This document shows, piece by piece, positions 11,801 to 24,637 of a stretch of 64,000 bases of DNA. This DNA comes from Octopus sinensis (taxonomy: Eukaryota). The stretch is from assembly GCF_006345805.1 (NCBI RefSeq), contig NC_043001.1:53382001-53446000 (forward strand). The letters run 5' to 3'. A model generated the notes under the pieces. The model ran no database searches. It was not told the origin of the DNA and was given only the letters and a program-made list of their open reading frames with translations. The position numbers and the translations under genes were made by a program. The first letter of the stretch is position 1. Every line of letters starts with the position of its first letter.

Positions 11801-13686
11801 ACATCGAAAAATCAAATGCTAAGGTTATTCGAGAACGTACGTTTCAAGATTAGTCAAAAAAACAACATTTCTATCATCGGCTCAGAAATTCCTTGGTTTG
11901 GATTTGGAAACACTGAAAATAAGAACATACCCTTTCGAAGATCTGCTCCCAACTAACAGTGCCAACAATTCAAAATAAGCAAGCGAAGAATCTCTGTTCT
12001 CCCCTTTCCACCAGCGTGGGTAAAATCATCAAACACTATGCTTATTTCGGTAAAATCCGAAGCATTAATCAGAGGGAGATTAATTATAATTTCAACAATT
12101 GAGGGCAAAATTAATTAATTATTAATCATTGATTAATAATTAATTAATTTTGCCCTCAATGTTGAAATTATAATTAATCTCCCTCTGATTAATGCTTCGG
12201 ATTTTACCGAAATAAGCATAGTGTTTGATGATTTTAACCCACGCTGGTGGAAAGGGGAGAACAGAGATTCTTCGCTTGCTTATTTTGAATTGTTGGCACT
12301 GTTAGTTGGGAGCAGATCTTCGAAAGGGTATGTTCTTATTTTCAGTGTTTCCAATCCAAACCAAGAATTTCTGAGCCGATGATAGAAATGTGTTTTGACT
12401 AATCTTGAAACGTACGTTCTCGAATAACCTTAGCATTGATTTTTCGATGTCCTTACCCCCAAACTTTTGTGAGTTGAATTAAGCAAACACTATATATGAG
12501 AGGAGATTTTCTTTAAGTATTAGAATAGCCTTAAAAAGTTTTTTAGCTGCTATTCTAATGAGTTCAGTATGCGGCAAAGTAATTTTTTACTAAGCCCTTT
12601 TATATAATGTAATAATTTGAATTCGCCTTGAATGGTCCCTTTGCATACTGAACACTTGGTGAAATTGATTAATAATTAATTAATTTTGCCCTCAATTGTT
12701 GAAATTATAATTAATCTCCCTCTGATTAATGCTTCGGATTTTACCGAAATAAGCATAGTGTTTGATGATTTTAACCCACGCTGGTGGAAAGGGGAGAACA
12801 GATTCTTCGCTTGCTTATTTTGAATTTGTTGGCACTGTTAGTTGGGAGCAGATCTTCGAAAGGGTATGTTCTTATTTTCAGTGTTTCCAAATCCAAACCA
12901 AGAATTTCTGAGCCGATGATAGAAATGTTGTTTTGACTAATCTTGAACGTACGTTCTCGAATAACCTTAGCATTTGATTTTTCGATGTCCTTACCCCCAA
13001 ACTTTTGTGAGTTGAATTAAGCAAGCACTATATATGAGAGAGATTTTCTTTAAGTATTAGAAATAGCCTTAAAAAGTTTTTTAGCTGCTATTTCTAATGA
13101 GTTCAGTATGCGGCAAAGTAATTTATTTTACTAAGCCTTTTATATAATGTAATAATTTGAATTCGCCTTGAATGGTCCCTTTGCATACTGAACACTTGGT
13201 GAAATTGATTAATAATTAAATAATTTTGCCCTCAATTGTTGAAATTATAATTAATCTCCCTCTGATTAATGCTTCGGATTTTACCGAAATAAGCATAGTG
13301 TTTGATGATTTTAACCCACGCTGGTGGAAGGGGAGAACAGAGATTCTTCGCTTGCTTATTTTGAATTTGTTGGCACTGTTAGTTGGGAGCAGATCTTCGA
13401 AAGGGTATGTTCTTATTTTCAGTGTTTCCAAATCCAAACCAAGGAATTTCTGAGCCGATGATAGAAATGTTGTTTTGACTAATCTTGAAACGTACGTTCT
13501 CGAATAAACTTAGCATTTGATTTTTCGATGTCCTTACCCCCAAACTTTTGTGAGTTGAATTAAGCAAACACTATATATGAGAGAGATTTTCTTTAAGTAT
13601 TAGAAATAGCCTTAAAAAAGTTTTTTAGCTGCTATTTCTAATGAGTTCAGTATGCGGCAAAGTAATTTATTTTACTAAGCCCTTTT

Positions 13687-13693
<7 letters not shown>
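8821..13693. repeat. Tandem array of a ~546 bp unit: ~6.1 copies forward, then ~2.9 copies inverted
   Basis: The anchor atttcaacaattgagggc starts at 8821, 9363, 9910, 10456, 10998, 11542 and 12089. Reverse-complement copies run 12130-13693. Copies differ mainly by 1-nt indels. Confidence 0.97.
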
Positions 13694-13731
<38 letters not shown>

Positions 13732-13949
13732 GTGTATGTATATATGTGTGTATGTATGTATATAAGGAGAGAGATAGTCTGTGTGTGTGTGTGTACAAGA
13801 GGTTTAGCTTACTTGTGATCTAAACGAATAGGTACGCTGTGGTCGTCCGTTAAGTTCCAAGATCACAACTAAGGCTCGATTTAGGGATCCGTATATATTA
13901 TATTAGAGGAAAAATCAAAATCAAGGCAGAACGTGTATCTCAAGTCATT

Positions 13950-14482
13950 TAGAATAATCTAATCAGGGTAAATTACTGCCGTTTCAACGATAGCCCAAGC
14001 GGTAGTTTATTATGTCTACGCACTGGTTATTCCGTCATCAGAGACATGGTATGCATATTTTAGACAGGGAAAATTTACAATTTATAAGTAAGAAAATAAA
14101 AGAGTAAATGAGTAAATAGAAGAATAAAAGTAAAGCTAGGTAGAAGCTTTACTCTTTATTCAGGAGAATAATGTTCACAACTCATCTTTTTCCAGAGGCT
14201 ATGGATGTTGGTCAGTATTTACACGGAGGTACAGGTCCTTAGTTACAAGCCTAAGTAAATCCAGGTGGCATATCTTGGCAGTATTTTGAATGATGTATAG
14301 ATTTTGTAAATGTGTATCTAGAGCGAGGAAGTAAGATAGACATAAATGGCTTTTGTGAGTGGGCGTATATAGGAGAGCGAAGAGAAGAGAGAGACGGGAG
14401 GAGAAAGGAAAGAAAATAAGATACAAGTAAAGGGGTAAAAATAACAATAAGTATATGTAATGATAGGGATAAATGTGCTTCT

Positions 14483-14513
<31 letters not shown>

Positions 14514-17100
14514 CAGACATACAGGCAGGGGGAGAGAAAGAGAGAAGAGAAAAGAATATAAATTAAAATTAAATAAGGGTGAAAGAGTAAAATAAGAATA
14601 AAAGTAAAAATTAAAGTAAAGTTAATGATATTGCATCGGTGTGAGAAGTCAAAAATTAAGGTTTCCGTAAAGTGGGAGTGTTGGGCAAATCTAGGTAAGG
14701 TAGCAAATAACAGTTGTATAGTGGTTAGTACGGATATTTAGAACTATTTTTCAAGTTTAATAGCAATTGAATAATACGAGACAAACGATTAAGAATTAAA
14801 GTTCAAACTTAAAATTTAAAATGAAAAATGAATACCTAGAATTACAATCTAAGAAAAATAAAACCTAATATACAACAAAAACTAAAAATTATTAATTGAA
14901 ACTAGCTAACTTCTAAGATAATTATGATTATAGAGAAGTAGAGAAAAAGGAAGAAAGCGTACACACGCACACACACATTATATATAAACATAAATACATA
15001 TACATACACAAACACATATCCATACACATAAGCGCACATATACACCTCCCCCCCACATATATATATATATATACACACATACACACACAAAATAAAACCT
15101 GTTTGTTGTTTACACACCCGTCTTCGACTGGTTTTTTTGGAAATTCTCACTATATATATAGATAGATAGATAGATACATACATACATACATACATACATA
15201 CACGCATACATACATACATACATACATACATACATACATACATACATACATACATACATACATACACACATACATGCATGCATACATGTATGTATATACA
15301 TATTGTAACGACCAGGGATGGATGTGTTATGCGTGTTGATTTTCTTTGCATTCGGATCTATGGAAGAATTTTAAAGGTGAGATAGATCCTATGACAAAAA
15401 GTAGAAAAGTTCCATGTTGCTTATTTAGTAATTGTGGTGAATTATGTATTTATATTTGGAAGGTTTCTTTTACGCATAGTCCAGAAGTGGATTGTAGTAC
15501 CTTTGTATGGGACCTCAGAATCTATATCGTACATGACATCCTATGTGGTACCTTTCTTTTTATTATATGGTGTATATGTTTGGCTAGGGTGTATATGTTT
15601 AGCGTATATAAATGAGTTTATATACGCCGAATATCTCTATTTAAAATTAATGATTAAATGTGAAGAGCTAGCTGTATTAGAGAGGGAACTAGGGGTGTTA
15701 AGACCGGGAATGGTGAGAGGAGAAAAGATAATTCTACAAGAGTAAGGGTTAATAATGACTGCACTAAGGGAAGTAGTAGTAGAGAGGTGGAGAGTAGGAA
15801 GGTGAATAGGAGGATAGTGTAGATAGTAATTGAATGTTAGTCTATTGTGTTGAATTTGTTAAAGTTTAGGGATAATAGCTATAGAATTATTAGAAGCTGA
15901 AACCGTGAGAAAATGAATGGCAATTATTTGAGAGAAGAAAAGCGTCAGGAAGATTACTAAGGTATGTAGAAAGGTATGAAAGAAGATTGAGGAGGTGGCT
16001 TGAAGGCTACGTTGGTGGTCAAGATAGCAATAGCTAGTAGAATGTAGAATGTGGATTGGTATTGAAAGGGGAGTACTTAGTTACGCAGAGGTGTATGAAA
16101 TTGTATAGAGGGAAATAGAGAGGTGGAGGGGTTGACAGGTTAGTATCCAAATGAGTGGAGAAGTATTACGTGCTTTTTGGTTGAAGAGGAAAAATGAGAG
16201 AAGAGAAAGAATTCCATTTGTGATGTTGGGAAGGCTATGAAGGAGATTGGATATAGTGGTTTGGAGGGATTTGCAAAGGTAATAAATGAGAAAGAATAGT
16301 TTGAAAGAAGGACGATATAAGTTGAAGCGACTTTATCATACCTCAAGGATAATTTTAGTTAAGGATACTTATATTTATGGGATTACATAGATTTAATAAA
16401 ACAGGCAAATTAGGAGCAGAACGCATTTACAAGACAGTAATACATATGAGAATCTATTAAGTAGTCAGGGGTTGTGGTAGTGAAGGATGATTAAGTATAA
16501 TTTACACATACCGATGTTTGCGTTATAGGGGGGAGCCTCAATTACGATTGACTGGGATAGAGTATAGGGAATATTTTGTGATTTGAGATTGTGAATATAA
16601 CTTGCTAAGGAGGTAGATAATTTAGCATTTGGATTGAACAAAGTGTTTGTGAGTGCACGTTAGCAGCGCTTAGAATTGGTAGTGCCGCGGAATTAGACCC
16701 TGGCTTACTGAGTGCGTGGTTTTATAATATGGCACTTGTAGATTACATTTTTAGGCAGGCAGAAACCTCCAACAGGGCAGAGATGACAAAGCTGATAAAT
16801 GCAAGTTCTCCTTCCTGCTCAGCGGTTGAAGTTTGCGGTTGGGGCTCACTGCTGGGATGGTCGAATTCCAGTAGTCTGTTATTAGTGAAGAAGTACTGGA
16901 AGTACAATCAATATCAGTATTGGATGGAGAGTATCGCTGCCAGTGTATGTGGTCATATGGGTAATATTGTGGGTAGATGCCTCGAGTATGTTATTTACTA
17001 GAGTGGGGCTAATGAGCGTTGTATTATGGCAGTAGAGGGCTTAAGTAAGGGTGCAATATAACTAATTGCAGCTTCCAAAGACTGGCCTTGTAGTCCTTGG
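13950..17100 (-). mobile_element. Penelope-like element (GIY-YIG endonuclease end plus long 3' or pseudo-LTR region), decayed
   Basis: Minus strand 16790-16500 reads CHLCPVGGFCLPKNVIYKCHI and LSTSLASYIHNLKSQNIPYTLSQSIVIEAPPYNANIGMCKLYL, the typical Penelope GIY-YIG C-terminus. A decayed hammerhead lies at 13974-14041. The extent below 16400 is uncertain. Confidence 0.65.
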
Positions 17101-17849
17101 AACCCTCACTATTCTTGAACTATGATTTTTCTTCTTACCATTCTCTGTATTAAACCCCCCAGTCCCCCCCTCTAATACATCTAGCTCTCCACATTTAATC
17201 ATTCCATCTTTGAACATGCCTGGATTAAAATCTGAAATGTAAGATCTTCTCTACCCTGATGGTGGAGGCTCGTTTCATCCACTGTTAACTCCATCTATAC
17301 GCAGGGTATTGTGATATACTAAATCTACCTTATAATGGGTCGCCGATCCCCCGGAAACAGCTGTTAAACTTATAACACATTTCTTCTACCCCCTTAATTT
17401 GCTGTGTTGTTTGTACTCTGTGTAAGCTGGACTTATTAATATAAATATCTATATATTTATGCATAAAAATTCACATCTGAAAGTTTTGCATGTATACATT
17501 TATTCATATTTTCTATTTCACATTTGATATATTAAATATATTTGACCAGTCTAATATATTCATCCGCATAATTGCTTTTATACATAGATATATGCATACG
17601 CCAATATTTGTATCTGTGAGCATATATGTGTGAATGCAAGTATATAATCTGCGTGTATGCACGAGTAATACTTTGAAACGTAATGTAACTTTTTGCACTT
17701 AAAAATTCTTTGTTAGAACTATAGTAACTGCGCTGAATTGTATTTGCAGCGGTTTTGGCCATAATACATACACAGTTGAAAAAAAAATGAAAATAACAGC
17801 ATTGGAATTTCAATTTCATTTCTTCTGTGCTTCCCCATATTACATAACT

Positions 17850-18330
17850 GCTGCGCGTCTACGAAATTCAGGCATCATATCATCAGGGAATTTAAGAGAT
17901 ATGTAATTGGTTAAGGCCGTCTGCATTTATAAATGTAAAGTCTGTTTCGGAGTGCAATCCAGCAAATAGTAATGTTACAATTTCACTTAATTCGTGCCAA
18001 ATTTCATAGATTGTAATTGGCAAAGTAAAAATTTCTTCAACTCTATTTATCTACGAATATTTAGAACGCCTTTTATAAATATAACCGATGTGCCATATAT
18101 TGTCACATGATAAAAGTGTGTCCATCTTTTATCATCCTTTCATTTATATATTCGAGTTGTGCAATTTTTATAGCAGACTTTTATTCTGCGGAATTGTAAT
18201 TCTCTTAAATCAGAAGATTGGTATCAAGAGGTTGGACGTTCCAAACAGTAAATTAGATTTCAGCAATTGTACGCTGCTTATACTTTACTATACATACATA
18301 GTTTCTCGCTCATACAAACTCGCATATAAT
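17850..18330 (-). mobile_element. RTE-type apurinic endonuclease remnant
   Basis: The minus strand reads FTVWNVQPL..MIKDGHTFIM..NITICWIALR..KFPDDMM, matching the order of APE motifs (TWNVRTL, GYTFFWSG, TIISAYAPT, GDFN region). Many stops. Confidence 0.45.
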
Positions 18331-18429
18331 ACACACACATACACACACTCACACACAAACATACGTATGAGTCATCCATAGCCATAATTTTTGTCTGTCT
18401 GTCTTATCTTCAACATCCCTATGAAATTG

Positions 18430-19880
18430 ACTATGCATTCTTTTCTTTACCCACCTATTTTCAGTCACATTCATTTTCAATTTCTTGTATAGTTCTTTAT
18501 ATTTTCAATCTTTCATACTACACAAGCATGACCTTCTTACTTCGAATAATAGCAGTTCTGTTGCATTTTGTTTTACATACCATGCTATGTCAATGTTGTT
18601 TTCTTCTGCTCTAATGCTGTGTTCGCATCTAATAAGTCCACTTCCATCTCTTTTTCTTGGTACATACAGTCTGTCTGTGTGACTTTTTGGATGGAGGAAC
18701 CTATATCTAGTTAGCAACTTCCTTGTCTTTCTGGATTATTCCTGCTCTGTATCTAAGGAGTGAACCCGCCCAGGTGTTGATAACTTCGATCCTATTCCAT
18801 CTGTTTAATTTCGAATTAAGGATCAGTCTCAGTCTACGCAAGTACTCCACTTTAAATGTTTCTGTCATTTCTTTTTCCATCAATTTATCCAATTCCCAAA
18901 TCCTCAAGTAATTTATAACCCGTCCCTTCTATCTGTTTCATATCCTCCCGACAGTATCGTTAGCCCGTCCATACATTTTACTTTGCTTCTCTTCAAGACT
19001 AATACACTACACTTTCTCAGTCCGAACTCCATTATAATATCAGCACTGATGGTATACACCATATAAAACGAGGGAACTGACTTGGGCTTCATCTTTACCA
19101 TAAAGTTTGAGGTCATTCATGAATAACAAATGACATTGTGTTGGCGGTTTTTGAATACATACCCAGCTTTTGCCTTCATCAGAATCAGTTCCAGTGGTAT
19201 TAAGCACAGTCTCCTTGGAAGATGCCCCTCTTCATTTCTACTGCCCCTAAACGTCTTTTGTATGCTGTCAGGTAGTCCTCCAATTTGCCATGCTTTTTCC
19301 AAGCAATCGCTCAACATCCGATGCAATACCAAATATGTCCATACACTCCAAGAATGTGGGATCATATCGTACGCCTTACGATATTCGATCTATGACATGG
19401 CTAAGTTACTTTTCCTCCTCTTGCAATCTCTAAGTACAATTTTGTCTATCAGGAGTTAATCCTTGATATCTCTGCACTTACACTTGCAAACATTCTGCTC
19501 ATGTGGCAGAACTCCATTTATTTCCAGATGCACGTACATTGACTCTGCGAGTATTCCAGTCAATAACTTCCACATAAGTAGTAAACGGGATATCGGTCTG
19601 TAATTGTCGACCTTATTGCTTTTTACGATGTTTTTCAGGCACAGCAAGGTCCTACCAATGTCAAGCACTCTGGTGTTACTTGGTCGGCATTTAACAAGGT
19701 GTTGAGCATTTTATCCCGTAGCCTTGAACTCCATCTGGTCCCGGAGTCTTCCAGTTGCTAATTTTGGGGGTTGATTTCCTCTACTTCCCTAACTGAAATG
19801 CATATTCCAGCCTGTTTGGGATAGACTATTGTTTCTTTCAGTTCTTGCAACCGTTCAGCATCCTTCTTGTGCTCCTTGTC
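18430..19880 (-). mobile_element. R4/Dong-clade non-LTR retrotransposon, RT region, decayed
   Basis: [30 protein letters not shown]; KVEYLRRLRLILNSKLN..NRIEVINTWA..LLRY; LHPKSHTDRLYVPRKRDGSGL. Confidence 0.85.
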
Positions 19881-19887
19881 TTTGCTA

Positions 19888-20002
<115 letters not shown>

Positions 20003-20010
20003 TATTATTA

Positions 20011-20048
<38 letters not shown>

Positions 20049-20119
20049 GTTATTTTTATTGTTTTTGTTATTGTTATTGTTGTTGTTGTTGATGTTGTTA
20101 TCATTATTATTATTATTCC

Positions 20120-21000
20120 TTCCTAACACAGTGTAGATGAAAATGCACCGGAGTCTTCAGTTATGTGTCATCACAACAGATCATACTTTCTTTATGATGT
20201 TCGCTGTGTTCTATAAGGCTGCTTTTTGCAAGACACCAATCTTGCATAGGATTTCCTGTTGCCTTAGAAAGTTTTGAAGTTTCAATGGAATTGAGCCCAA
20301 CGCTCCGATCACCACTGGTATCACTTTTGCATTATCCTCTCGCATTCCATACAGTCTTACTATTTCCACTTTCAATTGGGAGTACTTGGTGAATTTTTCA
20401 ACTTCTTTACTCCCAACATTCATGTCATTTGGTATGGGTACATCATTGATTTGTCAGTAGTCCCAGAGAATCATTTGATACATGTTCATACCAGTTCTCT
20501 GTTACTTCATATTGGTATTTACGGCATAAGAGCCAAGGGGGGTATACACACAATTTACCGTGGCGGCGTTTTATCTTCTTTTTTGCGCAAGGCTCTCACA
20601 TCCACTTACCAAGTGGGTCACATTTCCTCTCTCTTTCCACAGAGTCTGCATTTCTATGCTATACTTCACTGAATTGGTAGCGAGAGCCTGGTCTTGTGCA
20701 GCAAATATCAGGTTTTCAGTGTTATGTTTCAAATCACCTCACTCAAGTAATGTCCACGATGCTCTATTATCCTTAACGTCCTTTGTATTCCTGTCAAACT
20801 ATCCATGCATTCTTATTTCAAGGTCTTCTTTTCTCTTCTTCTCAGATCTATGGTTAAACTCTTCCCTGTACATCACTTCATCTGCATTTACACTCATATC
20901 TTTCGCGGCATATTGCAGCAGGTCTTCATCAGTCTTTATCAAATATTCGGCAAACGTTCTCATTTCAATCCTTATACAATAGTCTATACTAATTAGTCTT
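20120..21000 (-). mobile_element. R4/Dong-clade element, C-terminal zinc-knuckle and restriction-like endonuclease end, with a (TAA)n tail
   Basis: ENLIFAAQDQALATN; KEVEKFTKYSQLKVEIVRLY..KVIPVVIGALGSIP..LQKAAL. Followed by the (ATT)n/(ATC)n run at 19885-20115. Confidence 0.85.
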
Positions 21001-21149
21001 TCTTTTCATATTGTCTGTTTACGTTTGTTTACTGGGGGGGGGGCATGTGTGTGTGTGTGTGTGCGTGTATTTGTATCTGTTTTTTAGTGTATATATATCA
21101 AATTTCCTGTATATAACACGGCATGCATAATGAATTGTGTTGCATCCAT

Positions 21150-21850
21150 TTAAAAAGATATTCCCAGTATGGGATCGACACTTATCGCCTTCTTTGACTG
21201 AATTTCATTGATAGATGTTGAACTGGCACAGGTTCCAATTTACTATATATAGATAAAGCGGCTTGCTTGCAAAATAAATCGTAGGCATGAAGGTGACTTG
21301 CGTGTCCATATTTCAGTCCTCTTCTTTGGTAGAACCTTTAGTAATCGCCTGAATAGGTCAATTAAAAGTATTTATTGATTGCTTGATCACGTAAAACACA
21401 TTCAAGCTGAAACAATCCGTTTCAATGACAAAGGACTTCAAGCGTTATTTTTGAATTGAGCACTTCCGATGTTTATGTTTCGTTCGTGGTGACGATGTTG
21501 CTACTCACTGGTTACCTCATTAATTTCGACATCGTAAAAATATGGCTTCATTTTTGACAGGAACATTTCGTCTACATTCGAACGGCAAATGACAATGTAT
21601 CCCTCTCCATTACTCTCGTCTGTCAGCAGACACATCAGAAATTATATGGCCAAATAGTTATCTTCATTTTATTTTCATTTATTATCATGCAAATCGAATT
21701 TTTCCTTTTACTTGTTTCCTTGTATTATTCATGAAAAATAATTGACATCATCGATCCTTGTTTAAAATAATCTTGATTTTGAACTGACATCGATGGAGAT
21801 CGTTCGATTGTAAAAGTTGGTCTTGTCCTTGATTGTGCATGCAGCTCAAA
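21150..21850 (-). mobile_element. MULE (Mutator-like) transposase remnant
   Basis: The minus strand reads IIQGNK*KEKFDLHDNK..FLMCLLTDESNGEGYIVICRSNVDEMFLSKMKPYF, resembling the MULE core (LLVLDEFGEGxPVAFCISNREDE). Heavily degraded. Confidence 0.5.
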
Positions 21851-22044
21851 AAGATACCCCTCCCTACTCGCACACACACACACACATGTATTAAAAAATA
21901 ATGTGTTTTCATGAATTATACTATGCTTTAATTTTAAAATTTATACGTGTCAGTGATTAATATCATATACTTTAAATTATGAAGCATATAATTAATCTTC
22001 GAAATATATGTATGATTCTGTCAGTTTATGAGAGAGTGGATGTG

Positions 22045-22215
22045 TATGTATGTGTGGCGTGGCTGTGTGGTAGGAATATTTGTTATGCGGTAAGAACCAT
22101 ATGGTTCTGGGTTCGGTTCCACTGCGTGATACCTTAAGTGTCTTCCACTATAGCCTCGAGGCGACCAAAATCTTATGAGTGGATTTGGCAGACAGAAAGA
22201 GAAATAAGCCTGCCC
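22045..22215 (+). mobile_element. tRNA-derived SINE (family with gtggctgtgtggtaag...ggaaactgaaagaagccc)
   Basis: Related copies at 32535-32670 (+), 33870-34020 (+), 36820-36870 (-), 50575-50700 (-), 53285-53450 (-), 56470-56610 (-) and 56895-57045 (+). Confidence 0.85.
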
Positions 22216-22235
22216 CATATATATATATATATATA

Positions 22236-22535
22236 TGCCGTCCTTAGTCAAAGTGGATCCTAGTTACTTGAAGGTGTCCACTTCATTCTGACTTTCCCCG
22301 TTTAGCATGATGCTGGTTGTTGTGTTACTATTTACGAAAATCAAGCTCTTTCCTAGGCTGATACCCAGCCTGTATGCTCCTGAGGCTTTTCCCAGTCTGA
22401 TGTTGAGCACCTGTAGTTCTGCTTTACCGCGTTCTAACGAGTCAATGTCATCAGCAAAGTGAAGGGTTGGAAAAGGACCGTCCTCCAAGACAGAGGTGTT
22501 GAAGTCTTCGAGTATTTCCTGCGTGAAGTTCCTAA
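22236..22535 (-). mobile_element. RTE LINE, RT motif FADD segment
   Basis: RNFTQEILEDFNTSVLEDGPFPTLHFADDIDSLE..ASGAYRLGIS..EVDTFK*LGSTLTKDG. Confidence 0.85.
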
Positions 22536-23342
22536 CAAAAATATAAAAGAACACATGACCACTATCTTTGAAGACAACATAGACTTGCTCTTCACACATT
22601 GGAATGATGTCATCAAGGTATGGTCTGAGTACTGCAAATACTTTTACAATCACAAACTCAACCATGCGAGCAAAATCTTGTTTACAACAATAACAGAAAA
22701 CTTGGGGATAGTCCAATTTTCCAGAAATAAAGTCGAAGAGTCAGTGTGCATAATCAACGTTAGAAAATCCATTAGATCTCCTAAAACCTGTAGGGCCAAA
22801 GCTTTTCAAGGCACAAAGATTTATCTGTCAGAAACTATGAGAGACGAAGTAGCTAGCAAAGGACCCAATCATTGTTGATACCCATTCGCGAGAAGAGCAA
22901 CTTAAGACTTTGCCAGAATTATAGAACAATCAGCCTAATTAGAAACCCCAACAAAGAATTGCTAAGAAGTCTCCTATACAGAATCAAGGGAAAGACAGAT
23001 GAAATCCTTGCAGAAGAACGAGCTGGAGTTAGGCAACAAAGGAATATTGTGGAGTATATATTTAACATTAAACACCTCACTGACAAACATCTGATCCACC
23101 AGTCTAATCTCTATCACAACTTCATCTACTTCATAAAGGTCTTTGACCACGTTTGGCATAATCGATGTTGGCAGGTGATGAATTAGAACTTAGACAACAG
23201 CTTCACCTAAGTAATCCAAGAGCTGCATGAAGACTCAAGCGGTGCAGTTCCCCTGAACAATAACATCGGAGAAACGTACACGAAAACGGTAGATGTTCGA
23301 TAGTGATACCTCCTCCTTCCAGTGCTTTTCAACATCTTGGAA
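22536..23342 (+). mobile_element. Inverted 5' segment of the same RTE LINE (linker and RT N-terminal half)
   Basis: DVIKVWSEYCKYFY; KSNLRLCQNYRTISLI..EILAEERAG..LYHNFIYFIKVFDHVWH; ends PVLFNILE at ~23342. Confidence 0.85.
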
Positions 23343-23429
23343 GTCATATATATGCATGTGTGTGTATGAGCGTGTGTGTGTTTGTGTGCACGCGTATGTG
23401 TGTGTTTGTGTGCACGCGTATGTGTGTGT

Positions 23430-23530
<101 letters not shown>

Positions 23531-24171
23531 GGTAGGTAAGTAGGAGGAAGGAATTTGGATTGATGGATGGATGGACACAAATGGATGGATGGACACAAAA
23601 TGATTCACTCCCAGAAATTAGATAGCAGATATATGTTCAATTAAACGTAACTCTAGATTTTCTCAGATGAGCTTTATAGTGGCAATGTTTTGTGTATTTT
23701 GCATCAAATTAAAGGTCAAGGCGTAGGAGAATGTTTAATACACGCTTTTACTTAAGTTTAATAATTGAAAATATATGGTGTAAGTTTGGGCTGAATATTC
23801 ATCTTAAAATATGAGAAATAATTCAAATATTTTCCACATATTTTGAATTAAACAACTGTTTACAGGACGCGTCACTTCGGCTAGACTTTATAATTCTTGA
23901 GTTTGAAATGTTCTCTTCCCAAACTGATAAGTAGGGATATGGAAGGAAACAAATATGTTTCTGTGTGTTTGAATATGGTATGCTATAAAATCCATCATAC
24001 TCATTTCATTATATTTCCTAGATTTTATATACCATTACTTCGTATTTGATAATTTATATATACAGCTCGATTTATATTTCCATTTCTTTTAATAACTGTA
24101 ATATGTGTATATACTCTATTTATATGATATCTCATATATTTGTGTTTTAAGTTTCATTATTACATTCATTG

Positions 24172-24360
24172 TAAGGCGACGAGCTGGCAGAGTCGTCGCA
24201 CACTGGGGAAAATGCTAAGAGCATTTTTTCCGTCTTTATATTCTCTGTCCAAATTGCCGTTCATCCTTTCGAGTTCAACAAAATAAATAACAGCTGAGTA
24301 CTTAAACCTCCCCCAATTCAACTTAGCCATCTTACAAATTGTAGACCTTGTAACAAAAGT
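24172..24360 (+). mobile_element. tRNA-derived SINE (family with ggcggcgagctggcagaa...ctttcatcctttcggggtcgat)
   Basis: Related copies at 26725-26865 (-), 47300-47430 (+), 49925-50145 (+), 57300-57445 (-) and 58624-58857 (-). Confidence 0.8.
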
Positions 24361-24549
24361 TGATATCATTATTACATTCACTATATCCATTTCTGTTCTA
24401 ATACAAATATCGTTACACATACGCATGTATGAATATATGCATCTGTTCATACATATTTGAGTGTCTATGGCTGTATACATTGAATAGGTTAGACACATAC
24501 ATGCGTTTCTCCATTTCGCCATACACATGTGCGTACATATACAAAACAC

Positions 24550-24637
<88 letters not shown>

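Noticed and set aside
13380-13626. ~73-81 codon frame in the unit that is open if TGA = Trp (MFLFSVFPNP..LFWLILK..), suggesting a mitochondrial minicircle gene
   Set aside because: A rough estimate shows a TAA/TAG-free stretch of this length is expected by chance in a 546-nt, 33% GC circle. It shows no motif of atp8, atp9, nad3 or nad4L.
8821-13693. The array as a CRISPR array, 5S rDNA/snRNA cluster or hammerhead retrozyme array
   Set aside because: There is no repeat-spacer alternation, no recognisable 5S, tRNA or snRNA sequence, and no CUGANGA core on either strand of the unit.
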